A stretch of DNA of 64,000 bases from Candidatus Dormibacteria bacterium (GTDB taxonomy: Bacteria > Chloroflexota > Dormibacteria > Aeolococcales > Bog-877): positions 320 to 64,319 of the forward strand of contig JBJKSO010000105.1 of assembly GCA_046703825.1 (NCBI GenBank), written 5' to 3'. A program made the position numbers and the translations under genes. The notes under the pieces are model-generated. The model saw only the letters and a list, made by a program, of their open reading frames with translations, did no database searches and was not told the DNA's origin. How positions within the stretch are numbered: position 1 is the stretch's first letter; each line of letters starts with the position of its first letter. This document shows, piece after piece, positions 27,738 through 35,795 of this stretch.

Positions 27738-29153
27738 GTGACGTTTGGCGCGATCGCTCGCACTTCCCGGAACGTGCTGTCGCGCCTTCAACCATGGCAT
27801 CCGCCCAGCGCTTCGGCTGACGCCCTGGGATTGCTCCTGCTGACGGTCATCGCGTGGGATCTGCTGCTGACGTTGGACGCGCACCTCACGGCGGCCACCT
27901 CAGGCTTCTTGCATGTGGTGACCTTCGCGGCCTATCCGCTCCTCGTCGCTCTCTGCATCGTCTGTGTCGCCGATCCACCGTTGACCTTTGTGAGCCGTCT
28001 CCCATTCCGACGAGTCCTCTCGGTGGCCCCACTGGTGGTTTTGATTGGGCTTGCATGCCTCGTGGTCCAGGTGCCATCTGCCGTCAGCAGCTCGAATCGA
28101 ATCCAGGATGATGTGACGCCATCCATACTCTGCGCCGCTCAGGACGTGATGCGCGGGAAAGATCCCTATCTAACGCCGGAGCTCAGTTGCCTCAATCGCC
28201 TACACGTCACGCCCGTGGTGGGAACTCCCCTGATGCGCGGTCCTCTGGCGCACCAGAGAACGTATCCCACACATAGGCGTATCCTGCAAGTGGCCGCGGC
28301 CTCCGAGCACAAAAGCTTTAAGAGTCCGGCATTCCCCGTGTTCGGCTATCCGCCGATGAGCTTTATCTGGATGCTGCCGGTCGCGCTACTGGGACATGGT
28401 GCCTGGGTGGCCTGGACGCTGCTCGGAGGCGCCATTTGGCTGGCGGCCGTGGCCAGGGGCTCACGCGCTTTGTGGCCGGCGGCGGTGCTGCTGATGATCT
28501 TGCAGTTCGGTGCAGGGTCGGTGCTGGCCGCGGCAACCCAGGGTGATGGGGAGTTCTTTGGTTTCGCGTGCGCCAGCCTGGCGATCTTGTTCATGGACCG
28601 CGCCCGCACGTCATCAGTGCTGATGGCTCTGGCCGTGCTCACCAACCCGTTGCTGCTGTTGGTCGCGGCTGGCTACGGGGCAATGGCCAGGCACTTTGGC
28701 GGGGCGTCGAGGCGGCTCGCTGTCTTCTTGGCCACATGCCTTCTCATCGGGCTCCCGTGGATCGTCGTGGAACGCAATGCCCTAGCGTCGATGGTGGGCC
28801 TGGTCACCCAGCCCACCTTCGCCTTCGGGTTGGGCCTGGTGCAGGCGTTCGGCAGCTCGCCCGACCCCACTTGGGTGAAGCCCCTGCTCGACAGCCTCGT
28901 TGTTGCAGCGATGCTGGCGGTGCTCACCCTCAGCTGGAGGTCGGCCCGATGGTCAGCTCTGGCCGTTGTGCTGGCACCAGCGCTCATGTGGTTGAGCTGG
29001 AAGAGCGATGCCAACTACCTGGCCCAGGTCTTCCCCTTGGCGGTAGCGGCGACAGTCGCCGTGTACCGGCTGCGCGATAGCACCACCTCGCCGGCCAATG
29101 AGCCGGCTCCGGCGCGGCCGGGAGCGGGCCTCGAAGGCTTGGCAGCCACCTGA
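27738..29153 (+). CDS. polytopic membrane protein, GT-C-fold/DUF2029(GT87)-like, paralog 3
   Basis: ORF track, 471 aa. GTG start. Divergent from paralog 2 across 204 bp. Confidence 0.75.
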   Translation: MTFGAIARTSRNVLSRLQPWHPPSASADALGLLLLTVIAWDLLLTLDAHLTAATSGFLHVVTFAAYPLLVALCIVCVADPPLTFVSRLPFRRVLSVAPLVVLIGLACLVVQVPSAVSSSNRIQDDVTPSILCAAQDVMRGKDPYLTPELSCLNRLHVTPVVGTPLMRGPLAHQRTYPTHRRILQVAAASEHKSFKSPAFPVFGYPPMSFIWMLPVALLGHGAWVAWTLLGGAIWLAAVARGSRALWPAAVLLMILQFGAGSVLAAATQGDGEFFGFACASLAILFMDRARTSSVLMALAVLTNPLLLLVAAGYGAMARHFGGASRRLAVFLATCLLIGLPWIVVERNALASMVGLVTQPTFAFGLGLVQAFGSSPDPTWVKPLLDSLVVAAMLAVLTLSWRSARWSALAVVLAPALMWLSWKSDANYLAQVFPLAVAATVAVYRLRDSTTSPANEPAPARPGAGLEGLAAT

Positions 29154-29196
29154 GCTGGGCATCTCGGCGGTGGGCGGCCGCGCCGCCTGAGGACAC

Positions 29197-32037
29197 CTAG
29201 ACCGCTAGCGGGGCCGAGTTGATCGCGCTGGCTTCTGTGCCGGTGACTTCGCCGGTGGCCGCGTCGGTGGCGTTCTGAGCCCCTTCCGACAGGAGGAGCA
29301 GCTCCATCTCCATCGGGTGCAGGGGCTCTGCGAAGAAGAACCCCTGGAGTCGGGACTCGGAGCTCAGGCTTTCGATGATGGCCACCTCGGCCTCGGTCTC
29401 CACGCCCTCAGCCACCACCTCCATCGAGAGCGCGCGGCCCAAGTCGACCACGCTGCGCACCACGGCCGCGCCCGCCTGGCTCTTCGACATGCCCGAGATG
29501 AAGGCCCGATCGATCTTGATCTGGTCGACCGGCAGCCCCTGCACTTGCGCCAGCGACGACTGGCCGGTGCCGAAGTCGTCGATCGAGATCTTGACCCCCA
29601 ACTTGCGCAGCGCCACCAACCGCGCCCTCACCTTCTCGATGTTGCTGATGATCATGCTCTCGGTCACCTCCAGCACCAGCTGTGAAGGCGGGACCCCGAA
29701 CTCACTCAGGGCATCCTCGACATCCTGCTTGAGCCCGTCGAGAAGCTGGAAGGCTGAGACGTTCACCGAGATGGCGAAGTCGGCGGGCAGCACGCCCCGC
29801 GAACGCCAGTCGCTGAGTTGCCGGCAGGCCTCGCGCAGGACCCAGCGCCCGATCTCGACAATCTGACCGGTGGACTCGGCCACCGGGATGAAGTCCTGGG
29901 GCGAGATGGGGCCACGCTCGGGGTCATCCCAGCGCAGCAGCGCTTCGGCTCCCTGGATGCGGTGGCGCACCGCGCTCAGCAGGGGCTGATAGGCGAGGCG
30001 GAACTCGCCGTTGCGCAGCGCGTGGCGCAGCCCCATCTCCAGCCGCAGGCGCTCGACCGCCTGCTCGTGAAGCTCCTTGCGGAAGACGACGTACCGGTTT
30101 TTTCCCTCGCGCTTGGCGGCGTAGAGGGCGATGTCGGCGTCGCGCAGCAGTACGGCTGGGTCGCTCTCGCGCGCGGCCGGGATGACGATCCCCAGGCTGG
30201 CGCTGACGGTCACCTCGGCGCGGTCGGGAAGTGAGAGAGGCGTCGAGAGCGCGCCCAGGATGCGCTCAGCGACCATCCCGGCGCCGGCGGCGCCGGCCAC
30301 GTCGTCGACCAGGATCGCGAACTCGTCTCCTCCCAGACGGGCGAAGGTGTCGGTGGGCCGGAGCGCGTCTTCCACCCGCTGGGCCACCTGGAGCAGGGTT
30401 GCGTCGCCGGCGCCATGGCCGAGACTGTCGTTGATGTCCTTGAAGTCGTCCAGGTCGAGTGAGAGGAGTGCGACCTGGTGACCCTTGCGGCGCCGGCCGC
30501 GCAGGGCCTGCAGGATCCGGTCGGTGAGCAGCACCCGGTTGGCGAGTCCGGTCAGTGGGTCGTGCAGGGCCTGGTGGCGCAGCTGCTCCTCCAGCTGCTT
30601 GCGCTCGGTGACGTCGTGCGCGGTCAGCACCACCGCCCGCACGTCGGGGTCGTCGACGAGGTTGCTGGCCAGCACCTCCAGGTGGCGCCAGCTGCCGTCC
30701 CGGTCCTTGAGACGGCATTCCACCTTGCGGCTGGACCACGGGGCGTCGATGGCACGCCTGACCGATTCCTCGAAATCGGCCACGTCGTCGGGATGCATCA
30801 CCGGCGCCAGGTCGAGCCGCTCACCCTCCCTGAGGCCATCGCCCAAGAAGGGCTCGACCGAGGGGCTGCAGTAGGTGACCGACTCGTCTTTGTCCAGGGC
30901 CAAGATCAGATCCGACGAATTGAGCACCAGCGACCGGAAGCGGGCCTCCCTCCGCGCCAGGCTCTCGGCCAGCGTCACCCGCAGCAGGGCCAAGGAGCAC
31001 TCGTCCGCCAGCACCCGGAAGGCGCCCAGCAGGTCGTCGGAGCACGGCTGCCCGGTGCTGATCGCCAGGACCCCGAACGACTCGCGCTCCACCGCCAGCT
31101 GCAGGAGCTGCAGGTGCTGGCCCGCTCCGTCGGGTAGGAGCGAGGACGCCACCCGGACGGTCAAGTCCTGGTCCTCATTGAGCGGGGAGCCCTCCACCAG
31201 CGCCTTGAGCACCCCCGGCTGCAGGTCCCGCTCCGCCAGGGTGCGCCGGCGCACCAGATCGACTCCCAGCGGCGAGGGGGCGAAGACCAGCAGGCCGGCG
31301 CCATGGGGAACTCCGAGCGCGACGGCGACGGCTCCGCCGCTGGGGGCCGCGACCGCCTGCACCGCCCGGCGCACCGTCCGGTAAACAGCTTCCGCGCTCT
31401 CGGCGGCCAGCAGGTCGGTGCTGGACAGCCGCAGCATGCGTTCCCGCAGCATTGCTTCCCGGTGGTTGTCGATGGTGTGGCGCAAGATCTGCGCCGCCAC
31501 CACTATCACCACCACCGCCACCGCACCGGGGAGCAGGTGCTGCAGCTCGGGGCCACCCGAGGCGCCGACGTCCTCCAGAAGGCTCGCGGCGGTGGTACCG
31601 CCGACCAATCCCCCCGCCAAAGCAGCGGCGATCCAGCGGCCACCGTAGAAGGTGCGGAAGCAAAGGCCAGCGTAGAGGACCGCCAGGGCGTCCGCGGGCG
31701 TGGGCGCCCCCAGCGACACCAGCACCATCGCCACCAGCGAGAGGAGGTCGCCCCACCAGTGGAACTCGTCCCGCCAGTAGCCGCGGCTCCACCAGAGGGT
31801 CAGCCAGATCACGCCTGCCAGCGCCGCCTCGCGCAAGGGGGTGGGGCGGCCGGATCCCAGCAGGACCAACGGCACACCCAGCATGAGGTCGACCAGGGTG
31901 GCGATGAGCAGGATGTGCTGGACCTTGGCCTGAAGGGTCTGCCCCGGTCGCAGCCAGGTCCTTACCGGGTCAACCCCTCCCACCACACCGTCCCGCACAG
32001 GCCCAACCTCGTGAAGCCGCTGGTGAGGGGCCGACAC
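29197..32037 (-). CDS. membrane-bound sensory GGDEF/EAL (c-di-GMP) protein
   Basis: ORF track, 946 aa. N-terminal TM block, then a PAS-like region (VMHPDDV). GGDEF motifs read HDPLTGLANR...RLGGDEFAIL. EAL motifs read EALLRW, EVTES, DDFGTGQSSL and KIDRAF. Confidence 0.9.
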   Translation of the reverse strand: MSAPHQRLHEVGPVRDGVVGGVDPVRTWLRPGQTLQAKVQHILLIATLVDLMLGVPLVLLGSGRPTPLREAALAGVIWLTLWWSRGYWRDEFHWWGDLLSLVAMVLVSLGAPTPADALAVLYAGLCFRTFYGGRWIAAALAGGLVGGTTAASLLEDVGASGGPELQHLLPGAVAVVVIVVAAQILRHTIDNHREAMLRERMLRLSSTDLLAAESAEAVYRTVRRAVQAVAAPSGGAVAVALGVPHGAGLLVFAPSPLGVDLVRRRTLAERDLQPGVLKALVEGSPLNEDQDLTVRVASSLLPDGAGQHLQLLQLAVERESFGVLAISTGQPCSDDLLGAFRVLADECSLALLRVTLAESLARREARFRSLVLNSSDLILALDKDESVTYCSPSVEPFLGDGLREGERLDLAPVMHPDDVADFEESVRRAIDAPWSSRKVECRLKDRDGSWRHLEVLASNLVDDPDVRAVVLTAHDVTERKQLEEQLRHQALHDPLTGLANRVLLTDRILQALRGRRRKGHQVALLSLDLDDFKDINDSLGHGAGDATLLQVAQRVEDALRPTDTFARLGGDEFAILVDDVAGAAGAGMVAERILGALSTPLSLPDRAEVTVSASLGIVIPAARESDPAVLLRDADIALYAAKREGKNRYVVFRKELHEQAVERLRLEMGLRHALRNGEFRLAYQPLLSAVRHRIQGAEALLRWDDPERGPISPQDFIPVAESTGQIVEIGRWVLREACRQLSDWRSRGVLPADFAISVNVSAFQLLDGLKQDVEDALSEFGVPPSQLVLEVTESMIISNIEKVRARLVALRKLGVKISIDDFGTGQSSLAQVQGLPVDQIKIDRAFISGMSKSQAGAAVVRSVVDLGRALSMEVVAEGVETEAEVAIIESLSSESRLQGFFFAEPLHPMEMELLLLSEGAQNATDAATGEVTGTEASAINSAPLAV

Positions 32038-32165
32038 CGATAATGGGCCGGCCGACTCCAGCGACTTTGGCCGTTGAGCGACTGAAGGCGGGTAACGCAG
32101 CCGTGACGGCTGTTAAAGGACCGTTGCCAAAGATCGCTAGAAGGCCAGCCGCGCCGCCGGCACCG

Positions 32166-33137
32166 CTACCAGGCGTACGCCTCGGGCGCGTGCCCACCGG
32201 GCCCTGGAAACAGCTGATCCAGACGCTCCCGGTCCTCACGGCCGAGCCCGATCTCCGGTGCTCGCAGCGCCGAGGTGAGCTGGTCCGTCGTCCGGGGGCC
32301 GATGATCGGCGCCACCACCCCAGGCTGGTGCAGCAGCCAGGCCAGGGCGATGTTGGCCGCGTCCTCGCCGCGGTCCCGGCAGTAGGCCTCGTACGCCTCC
32401 AAAGATGCGCGGCGCTCGTCGACGCGCCTCTCGAGCTCGGGCGAGCTGCGCCGACCTTGGTCGCGCTTCTCCAGTGCCCCAGCCAGGATTCCCCCAGCGA
32501 GCGGGCTCCAAGGGATAACCCCCACCCCGTACTCGCGGCAGGCCGGCAGCACCTCCAACTCCACCTCCCGGCTCATGAGGTTGTAGAGGGACTGCTCGCT
32601 GATCAGCCCCAGCCGATGGCGCCGGTGGGCCTGCTCCTGCGCGCGGGCGATGTGCCACCCGGCGAAGTTGGAGGACCCGAAGTAGAGCACCTTGCCCTGG
32701 AGCCGCAGGGTCTCGAAGGCTTCCCAGATCTCGTCCCAGGGAGTGTTCCGATCGATGTGGTGCATCTGGTAGAGGTCAAGATGGTCAGTCTGCAAACGCC
32801 GCAGCGAGGCCTCGCAGGCGCTGCGAATGTTGCGGGCTGAGAGGAAGGTGTCGTTGGGCCAGTCGCTGGTGGAGCCGTAGACCTTGGTCGCGATCACCAC
32901 CTTCTCGCGCCGCCCTCCGCCCTTGGCGAACCAGCGCCCGACGATCTCCTCGGTGAGCCCCATCCGGACCTGGCGGCCGTAGACGTTGGCGGTGTCAAAG
33001 AAGTTGATGCCCGCCTCCAAGGCCCGGTCCATGATCCGGTCGGCCTCCTCCTCCGAGGTCAAGGGTCCGAAGTTCATCGTCCCCAGGCAAAGCCGGCTGA
33101 CCTCGACACCTGCGCGTCCGAGATGCACGTATTCCAA
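32166..33137 (-). CDS. aldo/keto reductase
   Basis: ORF track, 323 aa. Reads LGRAGVEVSRLCLGTMNFG...FFDTANVYG. TTG start with AGGAGG 10 nt upstream. Confidence 0.9.
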   Translation of the reverse strand: MEYVHLGRAGVEVSRLCLGTMNFGPLTSEEEADRIMDRALEAGINFFDTANVYGRQVRMGLTEEIVGRWFAKGGGRREKVVIATKVYGSTSDWPNDTFLSARNIRSACEASLRRLQTDHLDLYQMHHIDRNTPWDEIWEAFETLRLQGKVLYFGSSNFAGWHIARAQEQAHRRHRLGLISEQSLYNLMSREVELEVLPACREYGVGVIPWSPLAGGILAGALEKRDQGRRSSPELERRVDERRASLEAYEAYCRDRGEDAANIALAWLLHQPGVVAPIIGPRTTDQLTSALRAPEIGLGREDRERLDQLFPGPGGHAPEAYAW

Positions 33138-33330
33138 GGGCTGCTGCCTCCTGAGATTGCCTTTGTTGCTCCGGTCGCCGCTTGCCGACCGCCGGCGCCG
33201 GCGAACTCAGATTCCGGTACTTAGTGCGAGAGGCGCTCCGGCGCAGGTCGCGCCTGAGCCGGCCCCGACCGGTCCCCAGCTTAGGCGGCCGCGGCCCAGG
33301 GCGCAGCGCGCAAAGCCGGTTCCGCCCCGG

Positions 33331-34194
33331 TCAGCTGAGCGGCAGCATCGGCGTCTCCTCCTGCGGGGAGGTACGTGCCTGCGGCAGCTCCAGCAGCTCG
33401 GCCATCTGCGCAGCGTTGACCACAGCGTAGTTCGAGCGGTTGTTGTTGAACAGAAGCTGCACCTCCTCCGCCTGCTCGGCGAGCTCCCTGACCCGCTCTC
33501 GCCAGCCCTCCAGCTCCTCCTTGCGGTAGAGGTAGTTGAACCGCTCCCCGGACGTCTTCCCGGACGTGTACCAGGTCTTGTGGTTGCGGCCGTGAAAGCG
33601 GACCACCGACAGGCGGCGATCACTCACCGCCAGTAGCGGCGGAAAGCTCCCCGAGCCCAGCTGGGGCTCGTCGACGATGCAGAAGGAGATCTGGGATTCC
33701 TGCAGCAGGTCCAGCAACTGATCCCAGCGCTGCTCGGCGGCCCAGCCCCGGTTGCGCATCTCCACCACCAAGAGATCGTCGGGATGCCGCTCGCGCAGCC
33801 GGGAGACCCGGTCGAGATTCAGTGGGGAGCTGGAGAACCAGGCGGGGAACTGGTAGTGGACGGCCCGCAGCTTTCCGCTGGCGCGCAAGGGCTTGAGGCA
33901 CTCGAGGAACTGAGTCTCCTCGTCCGCGGTCGGCTCGCGCGGCTGGCCGCCCTCGCGTTCGTGGTAGGTCAGCGACCTGAAGGCCTTGATGTTGAACTCG
34001 AAGTCGGCGGGCGTGATCGAGGCCCAGGCCTGGGTGCGGTCGGGCGTGGGGATGGCGTAGTAGCTGCTGTCGATCTCCACCAGCGGGAAGAACCGCGCGT
34101 AGTAGGCGAGCCGCTGCCTCTGTGGCAGGCCCGGAGGATAGAACGGCTTATGGTCGTTCCAATTGCAGGTGCCCACCACAACCCGGCCCGGCAT
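33331..34194 (-). CDS. DUF72 family protein
   Basis: The internal ATG at 34194 gives MPGRVVVGTCNWNDHKPFYPPGL...YYARFFPLVEIDSSYY. Confidence 0.75.
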   Translation of the reverse strand: MPGRVVVGTCNWNDHKPFYPPGLPQRQRLAYYARFFPLVEIDSSYYAIPTPDRTQAWASITPADFEFNIKAFRSLTYHEREGGQPREPTADEETQFLECLKPLRASGKLRAVHYQFPAWFSSSPLNLDRVSRLRERHPDDLLVVEMRNRGWAAEQRWDQLLDLLQESQISFCIVDEPQLGSGSFPPLLAVSDRRLSVVRFHGRNHKTWYTSGKTSGERFNYLYRKEELEGWRERVRELAEQAEEVQLLFNNNRSNYAVVNAAQMAELLELPQARTSPQEETPMLPLS

Positions 34195-34240
34195 GGGCCG
34201 ATGTTGGCAGGTCCGCCCACCACAGGAGGTACAGCAGAGC

Positions 34241-34633
34241 ATGGTCCAGCTCAGCAAGGCTCAGATCGATTTCTTGCGTCAGCCCCAGTTCGCCCACGTG
34301 GGCACCGTGGGCAGCGGCGGGCAGCCCCAGGTGACGGCGGTGTGGATCGACACTGATGGTGAGCGCGTGATATTCAACACCTCACAGGGCCGGCTCAAGG
34401 CCCGCAACCTGAGCCGCGATCCCCGGGTCTCGATCTCGATCACGGACGCTCAAGATCCGTACCGGCGGCTGGTGATCCAGGGCCGGGTGGCAGAGATGGT
34501 GGAAGGGGGCGCGGTCGATCACATCAACTTCCTGAACCAGAAGTACCACGGAAACCCGGTCTACCCTCTACCCCCAGGGCAGGTGCGCCTGATCGTGAAG
34601 GTGGATCCGGAGCGGGTCTCGGGGAACGTCTAG
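34241..34633 (+). CDS. PPOX-class (pyridoxamine 5'-phosphate oxidase-like, probably F420-dependent) protein
   Basis: ATG at 34241 lies 11 nt after AGGAGG. Reads MVQLSKAQIDFLRQPQFAHVGTVGSGGQPQVTAVW. Confidence 0.75.
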   Translation: MVQLSKAQIDFLRQPQFAHVGTVGSGGQPQVTAVWIDTDGERVIFNTSQGRLKARNLSRDPRVSISITDAQDPYRRLVIQGRVAEMVEGGAVDHINFLNQKYHGNPVYPLPPGQVRLIVKVDPERVSGNV

Positions 34634-35658
34634 CCACCGCCGTCCGGGCGGGTGGGGCCTTCGCCGCTGGCAGCTGCGGCGGCGGCGATCTCGTTCATCT
34701 CCTGCTCGCCCAGGTGGACACTCGCCGCCCCCAGCCAGCCGTCGACCTGCTCGGGGTTGCGGGCTCCCACGATGGCGGCTGTCACCCCCGGCCAGCACAA
34801 AGTCCAGGCGATGGCGACCTCCGCCACCGTCACCCCCTGCCGGGCGGCGATCGGCCGCAGGCGCTCCACCATGGCCAGGTTGTGCTGCAGCCGCTCGCCG
34901 TGGAACTCGGGATCGCGGGAGCGCCAGTCGTCGTCGGGTAGTTGTCGGGCGCGCTCCTCGGTGAAGGCGCCGCTCAGCAAGCCCGACTGCATCGGGCTGT
35001 AGACGATCACGCCGGTCCCATGGCGCCGGCACCAGGGGATGACGTCGGCGGCCGCCTGCCGGTCGATCAGCGAAAGCGGCGGCTGGAGCGAATCGACGTG
35101 GCCCAGGCGCTCGGCGCGCTCCAGCTGGGGGACGCCGTGGTTGCTCACACCGACGGCGCGGGCCTTGCCCTGCTGCTTCAGATCCAGGAGAACGCCCCAG
35201 TACTCCTCGATCGGGGTCCCATCCTCGGCGGGCCAGTGCATCTGGTAGAGGTCGACCCGGTCGGTGTGGAGCCGGCGCAGAGAGTCGTCGATCTCACGGC
35301 GGAGGGAGTCCGGTCGGCCCAGGCGCAGGGCCGGGCGGGAGCGGTCGCGCTCGTCCCAGACCAGGCCGCCCTTGGTGAAGACGTAGGGGCGTTCCGAGTC
35401 CGACATCCCCTCAAGTGCTCGCGCCACCACCTCCTCGGAGTGGCCCAGCCCGTAGACCGCGGCGGTGTCGATCCAGTTCACCCCCGAGCGGACCGCGTGC
35501 CGGATGGCGTCGATCGAGCGCTGGTCGTCCTGGCCCCCCCAGGCGAAGGCCCAACCGCCACCTCCCAGCGCCCAGGCGCCGAAGCCCACGCGCGTGATCT
35601 CCATGTCGGTGGAACCCAGCCGCCGACGGCCCAGCGCCGCCCGTCTCTCAAGCGCCAT
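34630..35658 (-). CDS. aldo/keto reductase
   Basis: ORF track, 342 aa. Reads RRLGSTDMEITRVGFGAWALGG...WIDTAAVYGLGHSE. Confidence 0.9.
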   Translation of the reverse strand: MALERRAALGRRRLGSTDMEITRVGFGAWALGGGGWAFAWGGQDDQRSIDAIRHAVRSGVNWIDTAAVYGLGHSEEVVARALEGMSDSERPYVFTKGGLVWDERDRSRPALRLGRPDSLRREIDDSLRRLHTDRVDLYQMHWPAEDGTPIEEYWGVLLDLKQQGKARAVGVSNHGVPQLERAERLGHVDSLQPPLSLIDRQAAADVIPWCRRHGTGVIVYSPMQSGLLSGAFTEERARQLPDDDWRSRDPEFHGERLQHNLAMVERLRPIAARQGVTVAEVAIAWTLCWPGVTAAIVGARNPEQVDGWLGAASVHLGEQEMNEIAAAAAASGEGPTRPDGGG

Positions 35659-35795
35659 GGCCTTCCCCTTGCTGCTCTACGGTCGACCCGGACACGAACA
35701 TACCGCTGGGATCCACGGTCCGTCGCCGGGCGCGGCGGAGCGGCAACTGCCGGCTGGACTGGGCAACCATCGCCGCGGAGCGGCGATACGATGAG

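Noticed and set aside
29173-29187. GGCGGC-cgc-GCCGCC hairpin between convergent paralog 3 and the GGDEF-EAL gene, considered as a bidirectional terminator
   Set aside because: It has only a 6-bp stem and no U/T tract on either side. Such GC hairpins are frequent in this composition, so the evidence is not enough to call a terminator.
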